From positions 44,767-108,766 of the forward strand of contig CAYSBL010000003.1 of assembly GCA_964429295.1 (NCBI GenBank): 64,000 nucleotides of DNA, read 5' to 3'. The DNA is from an uncultured Rikenellaceae bacterium (lineage in GTDB: Bacteria > Bacteroidota > Bacteroidia > Bacteroidales > VadinHA17). The translations under genes and the position numbers were made by a program. Positions 17,058-26,536 of this stretch are shown piece after piece. The notes beneath the pieces are model-generated. The model was given only the letters and a program-made list of their open reading frames with translations, made no database searches and had not been told where the DNA came from. Numbering within the stretch: the stretch's first letter is position 1; every line of letters begins with the position of its first letter.

Positions 17058-17534
17058 ATGAAGCAAATTGCAGTGCTTTTTCTGGCGGTAGTGCTGGTTT
17101 TACCGGTGTCATGTAAAAAAATTAAGGAAAGAGGTCTTTTCGGAAAGAAGGCCAGGACCCTTGAGATGCTGATTGCCCAGCAGGACAGCATAAGGGTGGC
17201 CGATTCCATCAAGAGGGTTGAAAATCGGCAAAGAGCTATCGAGGAGGCAAGACTGGACAGCCTTATCAGGGCTGAGCAGGAAAAGTCAGCCTATGATGCA
17301 CGTATGAAAAAATACAATATCGTAGTCGGGAGTTTTATTACACCTGAATACACTCAGGCCTGGGCGGAAGAATACCGGAAGATGGGTTATGATCCTCAGA
17401 TTATGAGCATGCCCGGCAGTAAGTTCGAACTTGTTGTGGCAGAATCACATGAAGCGTATTCCCGGGCTGCAGGCAGACTGGAACAGTTTCGTGACACAGT
17501 AGAGATCGACGCCTGGCTGTATGTGAAGAGGTAA
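17058..17534 (+). CDS. SPOR-domain lipoprotein
   Basis: 158 aa. It has a lipoprotein signal (LVLPVSC), a coiled-coil Arg/Glu-rich linker, and a C-terminal SPOR-like domain (YNIVVGSFITPEYTQAWAEEYRKMGYDPQI). Confidence 0.7.
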   Translation: MKQIAVLFLAVVLVLPVSCKKIKERGLFGKKARTLEMLIAQQDSIRVADSIKRVENRQRAIEEARLDSLIRAEQEKSAYDARMKKYNIVVGSFITPEYTQAWAEEYRKMGYDPQIMSMPGSKFELVVAESHEAYSRAAGRLEQFRDTVEIDAWLYVKR

Positions 17535-17541
17535 CCTATAT

Positions 17542-18804
17542 TCACCTGAAAATTGTTGAATTCCTGTCGGGCCCCACAGATACAATCGTCACGGGTATAC
17601 CGGTTTGTTTTTCAATGAAATCAATATATTTCCTCAGATTTACCGGCAGACTGTCATATTTTCTGATCCCCGTTATATCTTCTTTCCATCCCGGAAGTTC
17701 AGTATAAACTGGTTCTATAACGGCATTGTTGTCATAGGGTACCTGTTCCATTATTTTGCCGTTAATCCTGTAGGAGGTGCAGACTTTTATGGTACTGAAA
17801 CCTGAAAGGATGTCGGACTTCATCATGAAAAGTCTTGTTGTGCCGTTTATCATGATGGCATACCTGAGCGCCGGGAGGTCGAGCCATCCACATCTTCTGG
17901 GCCTTCCAGTGGTTGCACCGAATTCGGCTCCTTTTTTTCTCAGGAATTCCCCTGTCTCGTCATTCAGCTCAGTAGGGAAGGGGCCACTTCCTACCCTGGT
18001 GCAGTAGGCCTTGAAAATGCCGAATACTTCGGCTATTGTCCTGGGTGACACCCCCAGCCCGGTGCAAGCCCCGGCACTGATAGTGTTTGACGATGTGACA
18101 AAAGGATAAGATCCGAAATCAAGGTCAAGCATCGTTCCCTGAGCGCCTTCGGCCAGGATTTTCTTGCCGGCCGACAACATTTCATTAACAAGATACTCAG
18201 TGTTTTCAATCCGGAATTTCTTAAGAAGCTCGATTCCATTGAACCATTCCTTTTCATATCCGTTGATATCGTAGCTGTAGTTGAGATTCTTAAGCAGCTC
18301 AAGATGGTTTGAAGAAAGTCTGTTATATTCCGTCCTGAAATCCTCAAGCATTATATCGCCTGCTCTCAGTCCGCTACGACTCGTCTTGTCGGTGTAGGCC
18401 GGCCCAATCCCTTTCAGTGTGGATCCGATTTTTGAACAGCCTTTCTTTTGCTCGTACGCAGCATCCAGAGCCCTGTGTGTGGGAAGTATAAGATTTGCCT
18501 TTGATGATATTACAAGCCTCCCGGTCAGTTCACCGAGCGGGATCCCCAGATCATCAATTTCCTGTTTGAAAACAGCGGGATCAAGTACAACTCCATTTCC
18601 AATTATGTTGATCTTGCCGGGACGGAAAATACCCGAAGGGATGAGGTGAAGAATATGCTTGACATTGTTGAACTCAAGCGAATGGCCGGCATTTGGCCCT
18701 CCCTGAAAACGGGCAATCACATCATAATCAGGGCTTAGGGCATCCACAATCTTTCCCTTTCCTTCATCACCCCACTGAAGGCCAAGTAAAATATCAATCT
18801 TCAT
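17542..18804 (-). CDS. purA: Adenylosuccinate synthase
   Basis: 420 aa. The sequence reads QWGDEGKGKIVD, GPNAGH, GIGPAY and GTTGRPRRCGW, the full PurA signature. Confidence 0.95.
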   Translation of the reverse strand: MKIDILLGLQWGDEGKGKIVDALSPDYDVIARFQGGPNAGHSLEFNNVKHILHLIPSGIFRPGKINIIGNGVVLDPAVFKQEIDDLGIPLGELTGRLVISSKANLILPTHRALDAAYEQKKGCSKIGSTLKGIGPAYTDKTSRSGLRAGDIMLEDFRTEYNRLSSNHLELLKNLNYSYDINGYEKEWFNGIELLKKFRIENTEYLVNEMLSAGKKILAEGAQGTMLDLDFGSYPFVTSSNTISAGACTGLGVSPRTIAEVFGIFKAYCTRVGSGPFPTELNDETGEFLRKKGAEFGATTGRPRRCGWLDLPALRYAIMINGTTRLFMMKSDILSGFSTIKVCTSYRINGKIMEQVPYDNNAVIEPVYTELPGWKEDITGIRKYDSLPVNLRKYIDFIEKQTGIPVTIVSVGPDRNSTIFR

Positions 18805-18956
18805 GACGAATCCTAAGGATTTAAAAAACAGTTTCGAAGTTACAAAATAATACGTGCTGGCATCACGTTGATAATATTATGTTGATAAATGAGGGGGAAA
18901 CTCATTGTACAATTATTGTATACAGGATCGATAAACTCACTAATTGTCTAAGCAAA

Positions 18957-19505
18957 ATGAAAAAATTTGTTGTTCTTCTTGTTCTTTCAGCTTTTGCACT
19001 GAGTTCCTTCGCTCAAGGCGAGGTGACTGTTGCACCGGAAAAGAATGTATTGAAAGTAAATACATTGGCGCTGATTGTTGGAACCGGCTCCATCTTCTAT
19101 GAAAGGGAGGTTTCAGACTTTGCTGCAGCTCAGATGGGAGTTGGTTATATGAGTTATAATCTTGGTGATACCAAGTTCAGGGGACTGATACTGACACCCG
19201 AATGCAAGTTCTACATCAGGAACAATGCGATAGACGGCTTTTATGTCTCTCCTTATCTTAGATATAGCCAGTACGGTTATGAGTCTGATGAAGGCGAGAA
19301 TGAGGGAAAATTCTCCTCTGTTGGCGGCGGAGTCGCTTTCGGAAGGCAATGGATCTTCAAAAAGGGATTTGTAATTGATTTCTTCTTTGGAGGCCATTAC
19401 ACCGACGGTAGTGTGGATATTCAGCAGGGTGGGGAACCTGAGGATATCACAAAAATCGAAGGTTTTAAAACCAGGGTAGGTCTGGCGGTTGGTTTCGCAT
19501 TTTAA
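18957..19505 (+). CDS. Small outer-membrane beta-barrel protein (DUF3575-like)
   Basis: The ATG at 18957 gives MKKFVVLLVLSAFALSSFAQ, a signal peptide. Alternating beta-strand pattern and a C-terminal aromatic end (GLAVGFAF) are present. The track ORF starts upstream at 18879. Confidence 0.6.
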   Translation: MKKFVVLLVLSAFALSSFAQGEVTVAPEKNVLKVNTLALIVGTGSIFYEREVSDFAAAQMGVGYMSYNLGDTKFRGLILTPECKFYIRNNAIDGFYVSPYLRYSQYGYESDEGENEGKFSSVGGGVAFGRQWIFKKGFVIDFFFGGHYTDGSVDIQQGGEPEDITKIEGFKTRVGLAVGFAF

Positions 19506-19526
19506 AGATCAAATGTCTGCAACAGA

Positions 19527-19559
19527 AAAGGGGATGAATTAATCCCCTTTCTCTTTTTC
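19527..19559. terminator. Bidirectional rho-independent terminator hairpin between convergent genes
   Basis: AAAGGGGAT-gaatta-ATCCCCTTT forms a 9-bp stem. T-runs follow it on both strands. It straddles the fur stop codon and lies 22 nt after the OMP stop. Confidence 0.55.
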
Positions 19560-20000
19560 ATCCGGTTTCTCAAGATTACCGTAGATGTAAAGTGAATGGT
19601 ACATCGGAGTGAATCCGTGAAGATTGCACGCCGTACGAATGATATCCTGAATCCTCGGATCACAGAATTCAACCACTTTTCCCGTATCAATATCTATCAG
19701 ATGGTCGTGCTGACTGCACTGGTAGGCACGTTCATACTGCGCAATGTTTTTTCCAAACTGATGCTTTACTACAAGGTTGCAGTCGAGAAGCAATTCGATT
19801 GTATTGTAGAGTGTTGCCCTGCTTACCCTGTATTTCTTGTTCTTCATGAAGATATAGAGTGATTCGACATCAAAGTGCCCCATCCGCGAATAGATCTCAT
19901 CAAGAATGGCAAACCTTTCTGGTGTCTTCCTGTGTCCTCTTTTTTCAAGATATTCGGTAAATATCTGCTTTACTGTCGACCTGGTATCATTTTCAGCCAT
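19539..20000 (-). CDS. fur: Fur-family transcriptional regulator
   Basis: 153 aa. It has a winged-helix N-terminus ([23 protein letters not shown]) and a C-terminal HDHLI...C motif region. Confidence 0.85.
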   Translation of the reverse strand: MAENDTRSTVKQIFTEYLEKRGHRKTPERFAILDEIYSRMGHFDVESLYIFMKNKKYRVSRATLYNTIELLLDCNLVVKHQFGKNIAQYERAYQCSQHDHLIDIDTGKVVEFCDPRIQDIIRTACNLHGFTPMYHSLYIYGNLEKPDEKEKGD

Positions 20001-20069
20001 TCAAGTTCAGGTTTTGGGGTTGCTTAAGCATATTATGCAGTCCGGTGCATAAGGTTTATAGCTCACGTC

Positions 20070-22328
20070 CTATTCCGAAAAATCCTCGATCCGGTTTATG
20101 GTATCAATTCCCTTTACGTTGGACAATTTCAGTATCAGGTTGTTAAGATCTTGGGTGTGATGGACATAAAGGTCAATAGTACCCTCGAAAATACCGTCCT
20201 TGACACTGAAATTGATGTTGGTCATGTTGACCTTCAGCTCTGATGAAATGATATTGGTGAGGTCGTTTACCAGACCTATCCTGTCGACTCCACTCACCTT
20301 TATTCTCGCCAGAAAGGAAACCAGCTTATGAATTGCCCACCTGACAGGCAGTATCCTGTTCCCTTCATTTGACATTATCCTGATTGCAACCGGGCATTTG
20401 GGTTTATGGATAACTATTGATCCCTTGGGAGAATGGTATCCTATTACCTCGTCTCCCGGTATCGGATTGCAACATTTTGCTATTTCATAAGACTGACCGG
20501 CATTTTCAATGTTTTCCCTCAGGAGGAAAGGTGAGGAAGGATCAATCTTTCCTGTTTTTACCTTCTCCTCTTCCTCTTCCTTCCTGTCTTTTTTGGAGCC
20601 CAGAAGCTTGAGTTCCCAGTATTTTATAACGTTTTTTGCAGGCGACTTCCTTATGATCTTTCTGAGATTGTCGAGATTAACAGTGCCGAGCTCTATCCCG
20701 GAATAGAGTTCGTCCTTGTTTGGAATTTCAAATGACTGCATGAGCTTTTTAAGAATATCGGTGTTGGGTGACTCACCAATCTCAGCAAGCTTCATCTCCA
20801 GAATCTCCATTCCTTTTTGTATCCTGTTGGTCGATTCAACCCTGAGCTCGCTTTTAATCGCTTCCTTTGCCTTCGATGTACAGACGTATGACAGCCATTC
20901 CCTTTCCGGTTTTGCTATGTCGGATGTGATTATTTCAACCTGGTCGCCGCTCATCAGGGTTGTGCTTATCGGATTCAGCTTATGATTGATCTTGGCTCCG
21001 ATAGCCTTGTTCCCGATTTCGGTATGGATCTCATAAGCAAAATCAAGAGCCGAGGCTCCTTTAGGCAGGCTTACCAGTGTCCCTTTCGGAGTGAAAACCA
21101 TTATTTCAGATGAGAAGAGATTCATCTTGAATTCATCCAGGAATTCAATCGGGTTCTCGAGCGGATTCTCAAGCATAGCCCTGATTTTTTTTATCCACTT
21201 GTCGAGCTCGGTCTCAGGAGTATCGTCCCCCTTGTATTTGTAATGAGCTGCATAACCTCTCTCTGCAATTTCATCCATTCTTCTGCTCCTGATCTGAACT
21301 TCAACCCAGTGGCCTTCCGGTCCCATCACTGTTACGTGAAGTGCTTCATAACCATTGGGTTTAGGCCGGCTTACCCAGTCACGGAGCCTGTCAGGCTTTG
21401 GCAGGTATGTATCTGTAATTACTGAATAGATGCTCCAGCAAGTAGTCTTTTCAGGAATGCCGGCGACTGCATCAAAGATAATCCTGACTGCCAGGACATC
21501 GTACACCTCTTCAAACGGCACATTTTTCGACTGCATTTTGGTCCATATCGAGAAGATCGATTTCGGACGACCGGTTATTTCGAAATTCAGACCTGATTCA
21601 TTCAGCTTATTTATTATGGGAAGACTGAATTTGTTTATAAGGGCATGGTATTTTTTCTCCCCAAGCCTCATCTTCGATGCAATCTCCTCATAAATGCCTG
21701 GCTGGCGGTACTTGAAACTGAGATCTTCAAGTTCGCTCTTGATGGCATAAAGACCTATTCGGTTTGCGAGAGGAGCGTACAGAAAAATGGTCTCACCTGC
21801 CACTTTCATTTTCTTGTGCTCGGGCATTGAGTCAAGGGTCCTCATGTTGTGCAGCCTGTCCGCTATCTTGATCAGAATAACCCTCAGATCATCGGACAGG
21901 GTAAGAAGCATCCTTCTGAAATTCTCTGCCTGAAGAGAAGATGAGGTTCCCTTATCATAGGTTGAACTTGAAATTTTGGTAAGTCCGTCGATCAGGGAGG
22001 CTATTTTCGGACCGAAATCCCTGTTAACCTCTTCCAGCGTGTAATCGGTATCCTCAACTGCGTCATGCAGAAGTGCTGTGGCAATCGAACGTGCGCCCAG
22101 CCCGATTTCCTGGTTGACTATTCTGGCAACAGCTATTGGATGTATAATGTATGGCTCTCCCGATTTTCGCCTCAGGTTCCAGTGAGCCTTGTTGGCAATA
22201 TTAAATGCCTTTTCAATAAGCTCATGGTCGCCTTGTTCCCTGCATCTGACCATATTGTTTATCAGGGAACCGTACTCGGTTTGAATAAGCTTTATGTCCT
22301 CCTCGTCAAATATATCCTTACTGCCCAT
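20070..22328 (-). CDS. Bifunctional (p)ppGpp synthetase/hydrolase RelA/SpoT homologue
   Basis: The first ATG is at 22328, and the track ORF starts at a TTG at 22361. HD hydrolase motifs (HPIAVA, LLHDAVEDT), a synthetase domain (YEALHVTV), TGS and a C-terminal ACT-like region are present. Confidence 0.9.
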   Translation of the reverse strand: MGSKDIFDEEDIKLIQTEYGSLINNMVRCREQGDHELIEKAFNIANKAHWNLRRKSGEPYIIHPIAVARIVNQEIGLGARSIATALLHDAVEDTDYTLEEVNRDFGPKIASLIDGLTKISSSTYDKGTSSSLQAENFRRMLLTLSDDLRVILIKIADRLHNMRTLDSMPEHKKMKVAGETIFLYAPLANRIGLYAIKSELEDLSFKYRQPGIYEEIASKMRLGEKKYHALINKFSLPIINKLNESGLNFEITGRPKSIFSIWTKMQSKNVPFEEVYDVLAVRIIFDAVAGIPEKTTCWSIYSVITDTYLPKPDRLRDWVSRPKPNGYEALHVTVMGPEGHWVEVQIRSRRMDEIAERGYAAHYKYKGDDTPETELDKWIKKIRAMLENPLENPIEFLDEFKMNLFSSEIMVFTPKGTLVSLPKGASALDFAYEIHTEIGNKAIGAKINHKLNPISTTLMSGDQVEIITSDIAKPEREWLSYVCTSKAKEAIKSELRVESTNRIQKGMEILEMKLAEIGESPNTDILKKLMQSFEIPNKDELYSGIELGTVNLDNLRKIIRKSPAKNVIKYWELKLLGSKKDRKEEEEEKVKTGKIDPSSPFLLRENIENAGQSYEIAKCCNPIPGDEVIGYHSPKGSIVIHKPKCPVAIRIMSNEGNRILPVRWAIHKLVSFLARIKVSGVDRIGLVNDLTNIISSELKVNMTNINFSVKDGIFEGTIDLYVHHTQDLNNLILKLSNVKGIDTINRIEDFSE

Positions 22329-22450
22329 AAAAACCCATTGTGTCTTTTCTGCCAGATACAAAGATAACGTTATTGATCTAAATTGATACTGGTTGATGAT
22401 TTGTCGAAGCTCCTGTCTGACCTTTCATAAGACCGGAGAAGATGTCTGAA

Positions 22451-23938
22451 TCATTTCCTTCTCACTATGGTCAGAGTTCCGGTCCTGTCAATTGTTTTTC
22501 CCGATGGGGTTGTCAGCCTGAGATACCAGATAACCACATCCGGAGGTACCGGTGAGTCACCGGAGGTTCCATCCCAGGATTCAGTATAGTCGCGTGTCTC
22601 AAAAAGGATTTTTCTCCTCCTGTCGGCAATTGTCAGACGGTATTCTGATGGGGAGAAAGTTACGACAGGTCTGAAAAGATCATTTATCCCATCTCCGTCG
22701 GGTGTAAAGACGTTCGGTACGGTGACTATCTCCTCAATGGAGGTGCAGGCAATTCCTGAAACGGATTCGCCGGAAATTCCGTAAGGATTTCCTTCTTCGG
22801 AAGCCTTAATCATGAAACAAAGTTCCTCTTTTTTAAGCTCATACATGATATCTGGCACACCGACTTTAAAAAGTGTGTCATCGGCAGCGACTGATGCCTC
22901 GTACTCAAATCCATTTCCCTTGTCAGCCAGAACAGTATAGGATGAAACCGATCCTCGCCACTCGCGGTATGCGTTCCATCCCAGGATTATCTCGTCGCCG
23001 TTATTGGACATTGTGAGGTGCATATTTGACGCAATATTCGATGACACGACGTTTTTTCTGCAGATTACGGCAGAAAGCCGATAGAAATTAACTTCCTCCG
23101 GCGGTGCTGACCTGTCGGTAAATGACAGCGACTCAATATCGCCTCCGGTATAAAGGTCAATCAGCTGAAAGGGTCCTGAATATCCGGTCCTTCTTTCAAG
23201 GGCGAATGTGTCGATATCGGAGGAAGGATCAATATGAAATGAGAGTTCTATAGCACCATCCTCTTTAACAGTTGCATAATCTGCATTAATCCAACCGGGG
23301 GGAGCGGTGAGACTTGCAACAGCCGATGTTATGTTTGATGAGGAGGACCGGCCGCTCTCAAGAATGGCTTTTATGATGAAATCATATCTGACACCTTCAG
23401 TGATACTTCGAATGCTGATTCTGCGTTCATCACGTCCGGCTTGTCCGGCAAGGTAATAAGGTCCGGAGTTTTCCGATGCCATAATGTCATATCGAAATAC
23501 TTCAAAGGGAAAAGACTTATATCCTGTCCAGTAAACATCTATGAGATTGTTGCAGGGGTCAGGATTGGCCCTGGCATGAACGGTGCACAACTCGTTTGAT
23601 AACCGGCTGATGTTCCTCGAAACATCAAATGCCGCTATAACATAACACTCAGCCCTTTCACCCGAGAAAGGATTCCGGAATGTGTAGGTGGTTGCTGCAG
23701 GATTGAAAACCGAGTCTATAATATATCCCTCGCCATTTCTGAAATTATAAATCGCATAACCGGCAAGATCGGGTTCGGTATTTGCAGTCCACAACAACTC
23801 AGTATATCCGTTATCCTGATTTATGGTCGCAAGAAGGAGTGTCGGGGCAGCAGGCTGTTCCCCGTCTGTCTGTCCTTTTCCTGGCAGGCATGCAAGCATG
23901 ATCAGAAAAGCCGGAATATATGTGCGACTGAATTTCAT
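22451..23938 (-). CDS. Secreted multi-Fn3-like protein with T9SS type-B C-terminal sorting domain
   Basis: 495 aa with a signal peptide. Repeated Fn3-like modules are present. The C-terminus VPNVFTPDGDGINDLFRP is typical of the gliding-motility-associated CTD. Its start overlaps the upstream stop as TAATG (23936-23940). Confidence 0.75.
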   Translation of the reverse strand: MKFSRTYIPAFLIMLACLPGKGQTDGEQPAAPTLLLATINQDNGYTELLWTANTEPDLAGYAIYNFRNGEGYIIDSVFNPAATTYTFRNPFSGERAECYVIAAFDVSRNISRLSNELCTVHARANPDPCNNLIDVYWTGYKSFPFEVFRYDIMASENSGPYYLAGQAGRDERRISIRSITEGVRYDFIIKAILESGRSSSSNITSAVASLTAPPGWINADYATVKEDGAIELSFHIDPSSDIDTFALERRTGYSGPFQLIDLYTGGDIESLSFTDRSAPPEEVNFYRLSAVICRKNVVSSNIASNMHLTMSNNGDEIILGWNAYREWRGSVSSYTVLADKGNGFEYEASVAADDTLFKVGVPDIMYELKKEELCFMIKASEEGNPYGISGESVSGIACTSIEEIVTVPNVFTPDGDGINDLFRPVVTFSPSEYRLTIADRRRKILFETRDYTESWDGTSGDSPVPPDVVIWYLRLTTPSGKTIDRTGTLTIVRRK

Positions 23939-25212
23939 TATCCTGCCGTGATCTCATAAAGATCATCTATGGTATAATATGTGTTTGCCAGTCTTATCAC
24001 TTCTTCAGATGTGATAGTCCTGATGGTGTGCATCATTGTTGAAAAGTAAGTGAGATCGAGACCGAATTCCCAGGCTGATTTGAAGCTTTCTGCAATGGCG
24101 ATAGGACCATCGAATGACCTGACAAGTTCTCCGGCCATATAGTTCCCCACTACCTCCATCTCGTCGGCCGGGACTTTATTCTTTATCAGGTGGTCAATTT
24201 CCTTCTTAATCTCTTCAACCGCCTTTGTGCTGTTTTCCCTGCCCGCTTCAGTCGATATCATCCATAGCCCGGATTTGTCAAATGATGATACAATGGAATG
24301 AATCCCGTAAGTATAGCCTTTTTCCTCCCTGAGGTTTTTCATCAGTCGGGATCCGAAATACCCTCCCAGCAGAACATTGAGATATTTCAACCCGGGGTAA
24401 TCGGCATGCCGCTTGTTTATTGTCGCTGATCCGATCCTGACAGCTGTCTGAACCGCTCCCTTCTTACTTATATGATCCTTTTTTACAGGTGAGCCTTCAA
24501 TAATGCATTCCGTTTCAGTGGTTGCTGTTTTTTCCGACCTGAGGCAGCCGAGGTATTTTTCCATTAAGTCTGCAGCAGATTCCGGGATCTTGCCCGAGAC
24601 TATGACAGCCATGTCTTCAGGCTTGTAGCAGCGGCTGTGAAAATCCGAAAGTAATGAGGGCGTCAGACCTTCAAAATCAGGTTCAAGGGCTTGCCGTCCA
24701 TAGGGATGCCCTGATCCGAAGACCGATTCAAAAAAGCGATCGCTTGCTATATTCTGGACCTTTTCTCTGTTGATCCTGTACCAGTTAAGCCTTTTCTTCA
24801 TAAGCTTTTCCAGCTCTTTTGCCGGAAAGACCGGCCTGAATAAAATCTCAGCAAAAAGTTCCAGTGCTTTTTCAAAATACCTGCTTAGGAAATATGCCGT
24901 CAGGCAGGCGGAGTCCCTTTCAGCCTGAAGACTGATAAAAATACCGTAATAATCGAGCATCTCGTTGAGCTCTTCTGCTGTATAATTAGCAGAACCTTCA
25001 GTGAGCATCATGTTGGCAGAACTTGCCAGGAGCGGCCGGCTTTCCTTTATTATTCCTGCCCTGAATACACATTCAATCCTTATAATGTCTTCTGTGCCGG
25101 CTTCGATGGTGTATACCTGCGCTCCATTTTTTAAGGTCATCGACTTTAACGGGATGTCAAACTGTGCATCAAAAGGATGCAGGGGAGGCTGTATTCTGCG
25201 GATACTGCTCAT
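23938..25212 (-). CDS. M16-family peptidase-like protein, non-catalytic partner (no HxxEH)
   Basis: It has the insulinase fold but no HxxEH motif. The ATG at 25212 (MSSIRRIQ) overlaps the upstream stop as ATGA, whereas the track ORF starts at 25254. Confidence 0.8.
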   Translation of the reverse strand: MSSIRRIQPPLHPFDAQFDIPLKSMTLKNGAQVYTIEAGTEDIIRIECVFRAGIIKESRPLLASSANMMLTEGSANYTAEELNEMLDYYGIFISLQAERDSACLTAYFLSRYFEKALELFAEILFRPVFPAKELEKLMKKRLNWYRINREKVQNIASDRFFESVFGSGHPYGRQALEPDFEGLTPSLLSDFHSRCYKPEDMAVIVSGKIPESAADLMEKYLGCLRSEKTATTETECIIEGSPVKKDHISKKGAVQTAVRIGSATINKRHADYPGLKYLNVLLGGYFGSRLMKNLREEKGYTYGIHSIVSSFDKSGLWMISTEAGRENSTKAVEEIKKEIDHLIKNKVPADEMEVVGNYMAGELVRSFDGPIAIAESFKSAWEFGLDLTYFSTMMHTIRTITSEEVIRLANTYYTIDDLYEITAG

Positions 25213-26459
25213 TTGCCTTTGTTTTTTGTTGCTAGGTAACACAGCGTGGAACAATTCGCCGGATTCAGATACCTGTTTGCTGCATCTCTTATCATTGATT
25301 TGCTGACTGCCCTGTATGCTTCCACTTCGAAGTTTATTGCGGAAGCATCTCCCAGCAATTCAAAAAACGACAGACTGAGTGCCTTGTTCAGGATGCTGGT
25401 ATTTGAAAGCACAGATGATGATTCGTACCTGTTCCTGACTTTGTCCAGCTCATAGTCAGAAGGATATGTCTCCATTAAGTCCTGAATAACCTGATCGACT
25501 GCCTTTTCGGCTTTATCAATGTCAACTCCTTTCATGATTTTACCGGTAATGATCACAAGACCGGGATCCAGGTCGGAGGTGATAAATGCATTTATCTCGC
25601 TGAAAAGGTTAAGGTCTCTTACAAGTTTGTTGTAAAGCCGGCCTGATTCGCCGCCTGCAAGAAGATCGGTGATCACATCCATGGTATGAAAATCAGGGCC
25701 TGAGCGCGGTCCCATATGCCAAGCCTTGTAAAGCGCGTCGGCAGGCAGGTCCCTTTCAGCCGTCAGCCGTCTTTCCTCTTTCTGTTCCTGCTCGGGAGGC
25801 AGGTTTCTGGCATGCTGTTCACCAGCAGGAATGGATCCAAACCACTTCAGTGCCAGCTCGTATGCCCTGGCGGGAGTGATGTTGCCTGAAAGAGTTAAAA
25901 TTGCCTTTCCCGGATTGTAATGCCGGCCGAAGAATCGCCGGACATCTTCAAGACCTGTTCTCTCAATATGTGCAGGTTCAATACCGATTGTTGGCCAGCG
26001 GTATGGATGAATCTTATACGCCAGCGGTCTGAGCAGGAGCATGGCATCACCGTAAGGCTGATTAAGATACCTTTGCCTGAATTCTTCAATTACAACACTT
26101 TTCTGTATTTCCAGTTTCCGGTCAGTGAATCCGGGAGCCAGCATCCTGTCTGATTCAAGCCAGAAAGCGGTTTCCACATTAGCCGACGGGAGGGTTATGT
26201 AATAGTTGGTTATGTCGTTACTGGTGAATGCATTGTTTTCTCCTCCGGCAAGCTGCAGGGGAAGATCATATTCAGGGATATTCCCGGTTCCACAATACAT
26301 AAGATGCTCTACAAGATGTGCCATTCCGGTGAGGGCCGGATCTTCATCCCTCGAGCCGGCATCGTAGAGAATATTCATGGCGACAAGGGGTGTAGAGCGG
26401 TCCTCATGCACTATCAGCCTTAATCCGTTTTCCAGCCTGTAACTTCTGAAATCTACCAT
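25209..26459 (-). CDS. M16-family zinc peptidase (pitrilysin/insulinase type)
   Basis: 416 aa. The inverted zinc motif HLVEHLMY (HxxEH) is present with a downstream Glu region. Confidence 0.85.
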   Translation of the reverse strand: MVDFRSYRLENGLRLIVHEDRSTPLVAMNILYDAGSRDEDPALTGMAHLVEHLMYCGTGNIPEYDLPLQLAGGENNAFTSNDITNYYITLPSANVETAFWLESDRMLAPGFTDRKLEIQKSVVIEEFRQRYLNQPYGDAMLLLRPLAYKIHPYRWPTIGIEPAHIERTGLEDVRRFFGRHYNPGKAILTLSGNITPARAYELALKWFGSIPAGEQHARNLPPEQEQKEERRLTAERDLPADALYKAWHMGPRSGPDFHTMDVITDLLAGGESGRLYNKLVRDLNLFSEINAFITSDLDPGLVIITGKIMKGVDIDKAEKAVDQVIQDLMETYPSDYELDKVRNRYESSSVLSNTSILNKALSLSFFELLGDASAINFEVEAYRAVSKSMIRDAANRYLNPANCSTLCYLATKNKGK

Positions 26460-26536
26460 CGAAGGGTTTTTTGGAAAAAGACAAACTTAATCAAAAAACA
26501 GAGACACTTTATTAATGTTTCTATCTTTGCAGAGCT

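Noticed and set aside
26522-26529. TATCTTTG promoter-like box upstream of the ClC gene
   Set aside because: It lies only 8 nt before the annotated ATG (26537), too close to serve as a -7 box for that start. It is either coincidental or the true start is further downstream.
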